A stretch of DNA of 64,000 nucleotides from Azolla caroliniana (taxonomy: Eukaryota; Plantae; Polypodiophyta), in contig JBHGNT010000020.1 of assembly GCA_043228905.1 (NCBI GenBank), positions 3,100,001 through 3,164,000 of the forward strand, written 5' to 3'. The position numbers and the translations under genes were made by a program. Under the pieces are notes generated by a model. That model searched no databases, was not told where the DNA came from, and worked only from the letters and a program-made list of their open reading frames with translations. Shown here piece after piece: positions 52,801 to 64,000 of the stretch (the stretch's first letter is position 1; each line of letters opens with the position of its first letter).

Positions 52801-52888
52801 GTGCTCTGTTTTTGTGAAATGAGAGTGCCTCTGTTGCTCGGATGTTTTGTGCCCCCATTCTGGTCCGCCGCCTTTTCTTGATTCCCAT
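49850..52888 (-). pseudogene. Extra sense-strand ORF of gypsy B (globular N-part, low-complexity linker, coiled coil, RS-rich tail), degenerate
   Basis: Minus-strand ORF pieces 52558-52007, 51814-51419, 51533-51207, 50998-50798, 50680-50303 and 50094-49741 are separated by single stops or frameshifts. Confidence 0.7.
49925..50050. repeat. 27-bp tandem repeat, about 4.5 copies
   Basis: gctcctcgcgatgctcccgctccggtg units (RSGSIARSH on the minus strand). Confidence 0.9.
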
Positions 52889-54734
52889 GCATGCACGTTG
52901 TGTACTATAATAGTAGTGTACGCCGCGTGGTGCGCTTTAAATGGCTGACGTCACGACGTTTCGGGTGTCCGTTCGTTTAAATACGCCACTCTCTATTATT
53001 TTTATTTTATTTATTTATTTATTATTAATTAATATTATTATTAACAAACGCTTTATTATTCTGTAGTATCCGGTGCCACCGGATCTAGTACTGGTTCCTC
53101 ATTTCCTTTACCGGTTTCGGTTCCGTCGTCTGGTTGCTCGAACGGGTTTTGTGGCATCGGTCCATGATAGGGTTTTAGCTGGAATCCATTAACCCACTTC
53201 TCTAGGACTTCATCGGCTAATGTGCCGAGATGATAGGACCCCTTAAATTCTTGCGTTATCCAATATGGTCAGGTCCACTGGAACCGTAGCTTTCTTGGCA
53301 TCGTGCCCATCCGAGTCTGGAACACTAATACTGCTTTGTCAATTTGGAACTGTTTTTCATTTCCCCTTCTGTGCCGGTCCACAAACGCTTTTCGCCTTCT
53401 TTGCTCCAGTTCCAATTGTAGGACACTGGCTATCCGGTGCTCTTCTAATTCACATAAAGTTGCCAGCCAGACCTTTTCCGATTCCTTCTCGCTTAACCGT
53501 TCCCGAACTTGTATCCGTAAGCTAGGAATTTGAAATTCCATCGGCATAACTGCTTCCAAACTGAACGCTAACCGGAACGGTGTTGCCCAGATACTGGTCA
53601 TGTATGTTGTTCGGTATGCCCACGCGCTTTGTAGCTTTGTATCCTAGTCGGTCTGGTTTTCGTTTACGATTTTTCGGAGAATATTCTGGAGCATTTTATT
53701 GGTGGACTTTGTTAATCCGTTGGCCTTCGGGTAATATGGCGTACTTCGCTTGTGAACCACCACGTAGAATGTCATCAAGCTTTCCACAACCTGTTTGAGG
53801 AAATGTCCACCTTGATCACTAATAAGCTCGATCGGACAACCGTATCTGCACCAAATGTTTTCATATAAAAATTTAGTTGTGGATGCCGCGGTATTGTTTC
53901 TGAGTACTTTGGCTTCCACCCACTTTGTACAGTAATCGGTTGCCACGATTATGTACCCATTGCTGGTTCTCATTGCCGATGGTTTGACTGGTTTGACAAA
54001 ATCCAGTCCCCATTTTTGAAAGGGGTCCAATGGCAACGCCGGTTGATGCGGCATACGTGCTTGCTCCGTTGGTTGGCCAAGTCGTTGACAAAGGTCGCAT
54101 TCCTTTGCATACCGTATGGCGTCCTTCAATGTTGTGGGCTACCACAATCTGCTTCTCCAAATTTTCCTTGCTGTAGAGTCTCCGACATAGTGGTCTCTTG
54201 CCACCTTGCAATGGGCTTCTCGAAGTATTGCCTCCTCGTCGTTCTGGACTGCACATCACTAGATTCCGTCGGCTCCTTTATGGTATAGGGTGTCCTGTAA
54301 TAAGGCAACCGCTTCCATTCATTCCGATTCAATTCTTCCAGAGGCAGTCTGGTGCTTAGGAACTAGTGCATGTTTGTAAGCCACTTATCCTCTCCGGCCA
54401 CTGTTTCATCCGCCTTCGTCTCTGTGGTCATCCTGAATAACTATGCATCCGGAAACTCGTCGTGAACACCGTCTCCAGCTTCCCCGGATTCTAATCGGCT
54501 TATGTAGTCGGCTACTGCATGTTGCACTCCTGATCGGTGGAATATTTCAAATTCAAATTCTTGTAGCAACAACGTCCACCGGGCCAGCTTGTCGGTTAAG
54601 GATGCTTTTGAGACCAAGTACAGTAGCGTCGAATGATCCACATAAAATGAAACTTTTCGTCCTAGGAGGTAATGACGGAATTTTGTTATGCTATAAACCA
54701 TTCCCAAGGTTTCTCTTTCTATTGTAGAGTAGTT

Positions 54735-55569
54735 TGTTGGGAGATAGGTCCCTCCGGATGGGAAGGGAGAAGAACAGTACTGATGAACAAGCTCGGACGA
54801 GGCCGTCAGGCCTCGGCCGAAACCGTATGAGGAGGACCCGGCTTCGGAGAGCCGGATGATACAGACCCGGTATGAACCGGATGAGGAGTACCTGGCTACG
54901 GAGAGCCAGATGATACAGACCCGGTATGAACCGGATGAGGAGTACCCGGCTACGGAGAGCCGGATGATACAGACCCGGTGAAGACCGGATGAGGAGTACC
55001 CGACTACGGAGAGCCGGATGATACAGACCCGGTGAAGACCGGATGAGGAGTACCCGACTACGGAGAGCCGGATGGTGCAGACTCGGTATGAACCGGATGT
55101 AGAGACATATTCGTAAATATGTTTCTGAAAGTCCATCGAGGCTATATTTGTAAATAGCCGAAAAGTCATATTAGTATAAATATGACTTAGGGCAAACTTT
55201 TAGTTGCGTTGTTGTTGTCATTTTCTTGTTGTTGCAAGAAGAAGAGAGAGCACGTAACAGTGCACAGAGAGAGAGAGAGAAAGAGGTCGTTGCCTCTGTT
55301 GTAACCGCCGCCTGTGGCGAAGATCATGAGCACGAGGTCGTTGCCTTCGTGAACTCACTGTTTTGTACATTCCAACTTAGTGATAGTTTGCAGCCTGTGG
55401 GCTGCCGTGGTTTTTCCCTCCTTTTTTTGGGGGGGTTTTCCACGTAAACATTCTGTGTACCCTTTTTCTCTCCTTTGTGTTGCGTGTATTCTGTTTCCTG
55501 TTTTCTGCGTAAGAAAAGAATCTCGGTTGTGGCCGAGCGTTGTGCATAAGGAGCGTTGAGTTCCCGTCA
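54735..55569. mobile_element. Intact solo LTR with TSD TAGTT, inserted in gypsy B RNase H
   Basis: TG...CA termini. TAGTT at 54730-54734 and 55570-55574. Five 54-bp repeats at about 54823-55097. The host frame SKAERNY|STIERETLG rejoins. Confidence 0.95.
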
Positions 55570-58500
55570 TAGTTTCGTTCGGCCTTTGAGAGATTCTGAC
55601 TGGCGTAGTACACTGGCTGGTACCACCTTGGTTCGGTGAGTTGCATGAGAACACTGCCGATCGCGATATTTGACGTGTCCACGAACACATGAAATTCCTT
55701 GGTCCAATATGAGGGTTGCACCACCGGCGCCTGTGACAACATCACTTTCAACGTGTGGTATGCCCTACCCTCCAGCTCCGTCCATTGGAATGGAATTTGG
55801 TGAATGACCGCATGTAAGGGTGTGGCAAAGTCGGCCAAATACCGGAGCATCCGGCTATGCCACCGGATTTGTCCTAAGAACCGACTTACTGCATTGGCAT
55901 TTGCCTCCAAAATCTCTTTTACTTTATCTGGATCGACCGCAATGCCATCCTTGCTCATGATATGTCCTAATAATGTCCCACTTGCCACTTCGAACACACA
56001 TTTTTCCGGGTTCAGGCTCAGTCGGTATCCTCGGCACTTCTCTAAACATAGCCAGAGATGATCTAAGTGTTCACCTTGTCGGTTTTATACCGCAAAATCG
56101 TCTAGAAACACCTGCATGAACGCCACCGGAATGAATTCTCCAAATATCTCCATAATGATTCGGTGAAATGTTGCCGGTGCTGTCTTTAGTCCGAACATCA
56201 TCACTACTGCCACGAATACTCCCCACTCCGTAACGAATGTTGTCTTCTCTTGGTCCACCAGATGCATTTGGATTTCATTGTAACCACTGAATCCGTCGAG
56301 GAAGTTATACACTTCTTGATCGGCTACCGCATCTAGAACCCCATCCATAAATGGGAGTAGAAACGCATCCGTTACCGTTGTTGCATTTAACTTCCAGTAA
56401 TCCACACAAACCTTGATTTTTCCATTTTTCTTGGGTACGACCACAATCGGGCTTAACCACGTTACCTGCTTCTTTGGCCGGATAAAGCTGAATCGAGGTA
56501 ATTTATCAATCTCTTCTTTCACTTTGGTCGCATAGTTTGGATTAATGCAGTATCGTCTGTGTGCTACCGGTTTTGCATCCTTGCTCAGGTGAATCTGCTG
56601 CTGATACAACTAGGGGTCCAATCCTCGCATGTCATCATATGACCATGCAAATACATCCCATAATTCTTTTAGTAATGACACCATCCCTGATTTTTGTGAC
56701 GGCGGCATTTCTTTTGCCACGTTGAACGGTTTCAATTCCTCCCCGATTCCGAGGTTCACCGCCTCCAACTGCGACACTTTTACTCGTTGCGATACCGCCA
56801 TTTCCCATTTCAGGGATTCCTGTGCTTGGCGTAATTCTCGAATTGCTTCCCGATCTGGCTCGTCACCGACTTCTTCCGGTTGCACGATATACAGGGTAAC
56901 TGCTTCTGCAACGTCTACTTCGAACAATGGCACTATCCTTGGATGTTCGTCTAGGTATCGGTCTACCTCTTCGTCGGCTAGCCTTTCTAGCATGTTAATG
57001 CTTTTCGCATATAGTGGCATCCACTCCTTACTGGCTCCCATTCGTGGGTGTGTCGGTACTCGCACTTTTGCTTTTGAGCGTTGGAAAGTGATGATATTCC
57101 TCTGCCAATTCTATTTTATATGCGCCATCCGCAACCATGGTCTTCCTAGCAACAAGGGATATGCTCCTTGTGCGTTTAGCTGCAACACCATTGTGGATAT
57201 CCAGAATGCATGTCCACCAATTGTGACCTCCAAATCCCGGATCAGCCCGGTTGGCTGGACCGAACTGGTATCAACCATCCGGATCCAAAATGGGCATGGT
57301 TCCCATTCCTGGATCCCCAACGTATCGCATGTCCGTTGGCTAATTACGTTCACTCCCGATCCGCCGTCCACGATTGTTCTCAGTACTTCTTGTACTTTGA
57401 TGATGACTGTGATTGCAGGGCTGCTCGTGTCCACAACGACCGGTCCTTCTTCTAGATTCGAAAAGAATGCCGGAGCCGGTGCGGGGTTTTGTGGGGCCAA
57501 TATTGATTTCAACTTGTCAGTGAATCGGGGCACTAATTGCAGTAGACGACCTAGTGGTAGCATAATTTGGCAGTCTTGTAATCCCTACCATGTTGGATTC
57601 TTGTCCATGGTCTCTGTTTGTTCCTCCGGAGGTTTCATTTATTCTCGTAATTCGGTCATGTTCCGTTCGTTTGCCTTTTCTATCCATTCGGTGGCCTGTT
57701 TCCGGATTGCTTCATGAGCCTCCCATTCTGCCATTTTTCCTTTCGATCGAGTGGTGACCTACTGAATATCAGCCACCTCTGCAATCACCATATTCACTTC
57801 TGGTTGTTTCTCGTTGGTCTTGACTGGCACTGACTCCTACAGTGTCCGTCTTGCCAGGAGTAATAACAATACACTTTTCAGGTGTTACTCGATTCCGTTT
57901 TTCCCATGTTACCGGACTGAAAATTGGTTATCGCCTAGTTTGGCTCCTTTATTCTCTGTTGCTCTGATTGGGCACTAGTCATGTTTCTATTGGGCTCCCG
58001 TTGATAATCTCTAGCCGGTTCCTGCCGCTCGTTTCTTCGCAAATTTCTCCTCCGATTATGGTGCTGATTGTTCCGATATCCCTGTTGGTTTGAGGGTCGC
58101 CTATCTGAATCTGCATATTCTCCTTGTTGGTCATCCCTCCTTCTGTTATAGTCGGGGGAATGATTGTGATCATACCTATCATGGTTGTATTTTCGGCTCC
58201 TATCCCTATGATCCCGATCATACTCCCGTATGTGATATCAGATGTCTTGTATTGGTTGGTAGCGATCATCACGCTTGAACTGTTTGTCGTGGTTTTGCCA
58301 CTCGATCCGGGGTTTGATTTGACAGACTGGTGTCGCTTGTCGGTGTAGTAGATTATATTCACATCGGTCAATTGTGTGTGCTCTGGAATGGCATAACATG
58401 CATTTTGCTCTCATTGTGCATTCTACCGTTGAGTGTCTGGGGTTAAGGCACATTGTGCATTGTACAGCCTGCCGAAACCAGAGGTCTTCTTCGGTAGGGA

Positions 58501-59118
58501 GTGCTCGTTGGAGTGCCCCCATTGATAGCCACGAATTGTTCTTGTCCATTTCCATTACCCGGTCCATGACTTGGTCTATGGTGCTGGTTTGGAAATCTAT
58601 TACCGCGCACATTGTTCGGAGAGGTTCCCGAAGCGCTGCCAAAAATATCGCTTTCACTTCTTCTTCCAGCAGAGCTCTGGTGAGATGACTGTGCAACATC
58701 TGGAACTAGATGATGAACTGCGACACGGTTTCTGTCAGGTCCTACCGTGTCGTGTAGAACTGAACGAAAATTTCCCTTTGTTCCACTTGTACGTGGAAGA
58801 AGCGTAGAAACTTTTTCTTTAATTCTTCAAATGTGGCGATGCTGTCGGGAAGGTGCTTGTTATGCCATCGTGCCACCGGTTCCTCCAGGGTCATGCCGAA
58901 TTCCGCTATCTTTGAGCGTTCGACATCTATTTCGCTTCCCATGTTTGGAGAAAGGTACAGATGTGGGCCTCCGTGTTCGGGTCATCCCGATATTTCGGAT
59001 ACTAGTATGGCATGGTGTTGTCGTCTATCGGTTTTGACGGATGGGGTGTCGGTACCCGCTCCTCCTGTTTCTTCGGTGACTTGGGTGGAGGTGTCGGAGC
59101 ACGTTCCTCCTGAGTCTC

Positions 59119-62100
59119 TGTTGAGTGGCAAGCTCAACCGGATCTGGATCGGCATCTAGAAGGATGAGCTGGATCGGTGAGCCGGTGAGCTGGGGAGCCG
59201 GTTAGCTGGATCCATCAGTAACCGGAAGCCTAGTAGCAACTAGACTACTAAGGAGTTAATAGTCTCATAGTCAGTGCCAGATGCTCGAGTGAGCATTGAA
59301 GTACGCAATACTTTTGTCAGTCCTCTCAGGACCCATATAAATAGTGCTGTTGAGCACATTTCATGTACAGAGAACTATTATTGTTTTGTAATAGATTTAA
59401 TTGTTCTGCTCTCTTTGTCTCTCCCAAGTACTCTCTGTATTCTGTGTATTATTCTCCTTCTCTCTGTTGCTACGCAACCAAGCTGTTGTCTTACGCTTCC
59501 GCACATACGTTTTAACATGGTATCAGAGTGCGAGGGTTGAAGACCTCTACAGCTGACATTTGCTTTTGCAAGAAAAACCCTACAGGTTGTGAGAACAGAA
59601 CAGTAGACAGAGGAAAAATATGGACAGAGGTATGGTGAGTTCACTTCCTACAGAGAAGCTCGACCGGAGCAACTATGCGTCCTAGTGATACAAAATGCAC
59701 CAGTACTTACTTGGACATGGGTATTGGAGTTTTGTGGAAGGAACGAATGAGGTAGCACTAGAGCCTGGTCACAAGGACTTCCCGGTATGGGAGCAAGGAG
59801 CGAGCTAAGTATTATACTGCCTCGCGTCCTGTGTGCACGACCAGATGCTCGACTACATTAGGGATGCAAAGACGCCAAAGGAGGCCTGGGAAAATCTGCG
59901 TAAGATTACACAGATTTTCGCCGCAAGTACCACAGCCCATAAGTTGTAGCTCCGGCAAGAGCTGAACAACATCCGACAAAGAGATATGTCGGTTACGGAC
60001 TACACCACCAAAATAAAGGAGATTTGCGACGCGCTTGGGTTCATTAAAGTGATGGTGGACGAAGAAGAAATGGTACAAATCTGCCTTGGTGGTCTAGCAC
60101 AAAGGTACGGGCCAATCCGGACAACGATCTGCACCCGGGAGAAACCACCGACCTTCTTCGACTTGCAATCGATGCTGATGGTTGAAGAAAACCACGTGAG
60201 TGGGTCCAGGACCACTCAACTAGATAGGTGGATGCTGTACACGGAGGCGGATAGGACCCGTGGGCGTGGGGGACGAGGTGGGTCGGCACGCACTGGAGAT
60301 GGCCAACAAGAGCAGGAAAGAAGGCACAGAGAACGTCCCTCGACAGCAGTTCCGGAACTTCCACAAGCAGGGGGAGTCAAGGTGGCACCGGAGGCCGACA
60401 AGATAAATCCGCCACGGAATGCTGGTACTGTGGCAAAAAGGGCCATAGACAAAGCGAGTGCTGGAAGAAGCATGCCGATTCGGACATATCTGGATCCAAC
60501 AAAACCGGTCGGGAGAACCGACAAAGGTCGCATTACGCACAAGGATCCAGAACCGGGAAGACTGGTAAGGGGCCCAACCTTGGTGATGAAGCACAAAGCA
60601 AATTCGATGAAGAAGACCACTTCCAAATTAGAGGAAGTATGGTATGTTGATTCCGGTGCGTCGAACCACATGATGAGCCATGAAGAGTGGTTCTCTTATC
60701 GGGAGAAACCGGAACAACCGGGCGTTGTCGAAACCGGAGACGACACTCCACACCCAATCATGCATATCAGAGAAGTCCCTTTGAGCCACGTTGGACAGAG
60801 GGGGAAGCTGATGAACGTATTATACGTTCCGACTATGACGAAGAACCTGGTGTTGGTTGGATAGATTGTCGACTAGGGGATGCAGGTGCAGTTTACGCAC
60901 CTAGGGTGCTTCATCGAGGAAGAGGGCCAAGTCATTGTGGAAGGGCGCAGAGACGGGAGGATGTTCATCCTCGACACCAATGGCGTCGGCACCGCTTTGT
61001 TCTCCAAAGGACAGAAGGTTGAATTAGACATCGACCTATGGCACAAGCGGATCGGCCATGTCAATTACCGGAGGCTTCAAGACCTGCAAACGAAACAAGT
61101 TGTTTTAGGTTTGCCGAAGTTTAGAGGCCGGAAGACCCAAATATGTGAAGCCTGCCAACTCGGGAAGCAACACCGGCTTCCATTCCCCACCAAATGAAAC
61201 CGTAGCCGTAACAAGCTCGACCTTATTCATTCGGATGTATGGGGACTGGCACAGAACGTGAGTCTTGGCGGGAGTCAATATTTCGTCTCCTTCATCGACG
61301 ACTACAACCGACACACATGGATCTACCTCATTGAGCAGAAGAGCGAAGTCTTCGACTATTTCCAGAACCTCCAAAGCATGGTGGAGCGGGAATCGGAGAG
61401 AAAGATCAAGTGCCTGAGGTCGGATGGCGCAAAAGAATATTTTCCCAGCCAATTCAACAGTTATCTGCAGCAAATAGGAATTCGGCGAGAGTTCAACTGC
61501 AGATACACACTGGAACAGAACGGTGTAGAGGAAGAACTGGATGCTTATCGATGTGGCAAGGGTGATGCTAGAGGAGAAGAGCATGCCCCATTTCTACTGG
61601 GCGGAGGCGGTCCGGACGGCCGTCTACATCCAAAACCGGATCGGTGACAAGGTGTCCGCGCATGAGCTATATTTCGGGTGCAAGCCGAATTTACGACACC
61701 TTCGGATATTCAGTAGCATTGCATATGTGCATGGACTGGATGAGAAGCGGAGGAAGTTGGATGCAAAGTCGGAGAAATGCATCCTAGTCGGTTACTCGCA
61801 TGAGCAAAAGGGGTATAAATGTTATAACCCTCGGACGAAGCAGGTCCGAGTTAGTCGGGATGTTGAGTTTGATGAGACGGCATCATGGTATGCCTTACCG
61901 GCTCCGACTTCAGACCCCGACCCGATACCGGAGGATGAGGCTAGTGAGCTTGAACCAGTCCAGTTAGAAGATGAAGATGTCGGCACTCTAGAAGAGAGTC
62001 CGATCTCATTTTGGTTAAGTGGACCGAATGAGCGGCTGAGTCGAGATGACCAGTCGGATGAGGAACTGGCGAGTAGTGGAGACTCTATCGTGCTCTCCCC

Positions 62101-62725
62101 GCACAAGGAACCGAGGAGACGGTTCATGCGCAAAGAGAAGGGGAAGAAGAAGATGTCAGATTATGAAACCGGTAATGATGAGTCGGATTGGAGCAGATCC
62201 GACTCCGGAAAAGAAAATGATGGTCCTTCGGCAACGAAGACCGAACCAGCCAAGAAGGGCCTCAAACCGGGTAACGGTGGGTTATGCCGGTCAACCCGCC
62301 AAAAGGAACCTGTTAAGCGGTACGGGTACACTGAGTACATGGCCCATCACTATGCATATATGACCAAGGTGGCGGAAGTGCGTGAGCCGGAGAGCTACAC
62401 AGAAGCGACAAGGGATGCAAATTAGCGTGCTGATATGGAGGAAGAGATGCGGGCACTTGATGCCAACGACACATGGGACCTGGTTGACCCTCCTTGTCAC
62501 TGTAAACCAATCGGATGCAAGTGGGTGTACAAGGTAAAGTACAACGCCGACGGTTAAGTTAACCGGTACAAGGCCCGATTAGTGGTAAAAGGGATACACA
62601 CAGACCCACGGAATTGACTACGACGAGACCTTCCCTCCGGTAGCGAAGATGACGACGGTTCATGTGGTGCTAGCGGTTGGTGCGGCAAGGGGGTGGCATC
62701 TTCACCAAATGGATGTGAAGAATGC
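59119..62725 (+). mobile_element. Ty1/copia (5' LTR to early RT), interrupted by another copia
   Basis: LTR 59119-59517 and PBS tggtatcagag at 59518. gag, protease WYVDSGAS, integrase, and RT up to [11 protein letters not shown]. Confidence 0.93.
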
Positions 62726-64000
62726 TATTGAGAGACAAGCTCAACATCGGCCGGATCGGCTGAAGAAGCCGAGGTCCGGATCGGTTGGGACCGATCGGTT
62801 AGGCCGAGTGCATAAATCGGGAGATCGTTTGGAAAGATATTCCGTGAGGAATATATTTGGGAGTTAGTGTAGAGGCTCTTGATGAGCATTGAAGTACTGT
62901 CAGTACTTCGGTCAGTCCTTTTAGGACTTGTATAAAAGTGCTCACTGAGCACGTCTTATGTACAGAGATTGAGTATTATTGTGGAATATAGTTTTTTGTG
63001 TTTCTCTCTCTGTCTCTCCTGCGTATACCGTGTAAGCCTAAGCTCTCCATTGAACCTGAGTTTCCTTCCTCTGTTCTGTCTTCATACTTGCTTCCGCACA
63101 CTACTTTCTAAATGGTATCAGAGCGCGAGGGTTGAGAACCTCTCTGCAGCCGACACAGCTTGACGAAGAAGAACAAGAAGAACGATGGATAGAGGCATGG
63201 CGAGCTTGCTTCCAACAGAGAAGATCGACAGAACCAACTACGCGTCTTGGTCCTACAAGATGCACCAGTACTTGCTCGGCCACGACTACTGGAGTTATGT
63301 CGAAGGAGCTAATGACGCGGCACCCGAATCGACACACAGAGACTTCCCGTCGTGGGAGCAATCGGCGAGCAGGGTATTGTACTGCTTCGGGTCGTGTGTG
63401 GGCGAACAAATATTGAGCTATGTTCGGGATGCAAAGACGCCAAAGGGTGCGTGGGAAAATCTGAAGAAGATTTTCGCCGCAAGCACCACAGCCAGGAAGC
63501 TTCAGCTCCGACAGGAGTTGAGCAACCTACGACAACGTGACTTGTCGGTGGCGGACTATACCTCGAAGATCAAGGATATCTACGACTCCCTCACCTCCAT
63601 AGAGGTGAACATCGAGCAGAGCGAGATGGTCCAGATCTGTCTCGGAGGTTTGGCGTCGAAGTTCGGAGCGTTCCGAACGGCTGTGTGTACCCGGGAGAAT
63701 ACGCCGTCCTTTTTCGACTTACAGTCGATGCTCCTGGTAGAGGAGAACCACGCGGGTGCGTCTACAAGCACGCACACCGACAACAGAATGTTGTACACGG
63801 AGGGAGATAGGCCCCATGGACGTGGAGGACGAGGCGAGTCGGCACGCAATGGAGGCGGCCGACGAGATCAAGGAAGAAGCCACCGAAGTGATGCCGACAG
63901 CAACTCCATACCCTCTAGAAACAGGGGGAGTCGAAGCGATGAGAACCGGCAAGGGAAGGCCATCGCGGAGTGCTGGTACTGTGGCAAGAAAGGCCACAGG
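62726..64000 (+). mobile_element. Ty1/copia 5' end (LTR, PBS, gag), same family as 35814-41444; runs off the window
   Basis: LTR 62726-63112 is nearly identical to 35814-36181 plus an insert of about 20 bp. Perfect PBS TGGTATCAGAGC at 63113. gag is near-identical to 36254 onward. Confidence 0.95.

Larger units (their letters stand above)
49350..59118 (-). mobile_element. Ty3/gypsy element B (non-chromovirus, Athila/Tat-like) with an extra 3' ORF; cut in gag by a copia
   Basis: gag 59000-58240 with two CCHC knuckles, protease IVDGGSGVNV (57370), RT NFLDGFSGY/FMQVFLDDF (56610-56085), RNase H split by a solo LTR, integrase QKWGLDF/ISDQGGHF/GPY (54300-53130). No chromodomain. Putative 3' LTR 49350-about 49779. 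Confidence 0.9.

Noticed and set aside
51717-52817. 366-aa plus-strand ORF (also 56629-57717, 362 aa)
   Set aside because: Antisense shadows of gypsy B coding regions, with no recognisable domain.
54441-55169. 242-aa ORF with 18-aa repeats fused to RNase H
   Set aside because: Artefact of reading through the 54-bp LTR array into the interrupted host RNase H.

Overview
This is plant nuclear DNA, almost certainly from a fern. The evidence is mitochondrial relics with an intron at the fern-type atp1i361 position and signatures of both C-to-U and U-to-C editing. Bases 1-19.6 kb hold two convergent spliced genes: the 3' part of a mitochondrial-type beta-ketoacyl-ACP synthase (+) and a complete BT1/folate-biopterin MFS transporter (-). 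Their introns carry LINE and copia remnants. Bases 20-22.9 kb hold four tandem LINE 3' ends. Bases 22.9-64 kb are a deeply nested LTR-retrotransposon stack (copia > copia > gypsy > gypsy > copia > copia). The most unusual element is an organellar mosaic of about 11 kb net (27.47-45.21 kb gross), inserted into the gag of a Trp-primed gypsy element. It contains mitochondrial rpl6-rps13-rps11, atp1, nad5, nad1, cox1, nad4, group I/II intron and maturase pieces, plus plastid ndhD and rpoC2. It was later hit by a solo LTR and a full-length copia. I cannot demonstrate a wholly new functional system. The best candidates for novelty are the editing-site fossil record in the insert, a roughly 3 kb extra 3' ORF in a non-chromovirus gypsy, a PPT-bounded C-terminal extension of a copia pol, and a shared hairpin 3' tail among LINE-like elements. 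All protein identifications are by eye from recalled family motifs, not database searches.
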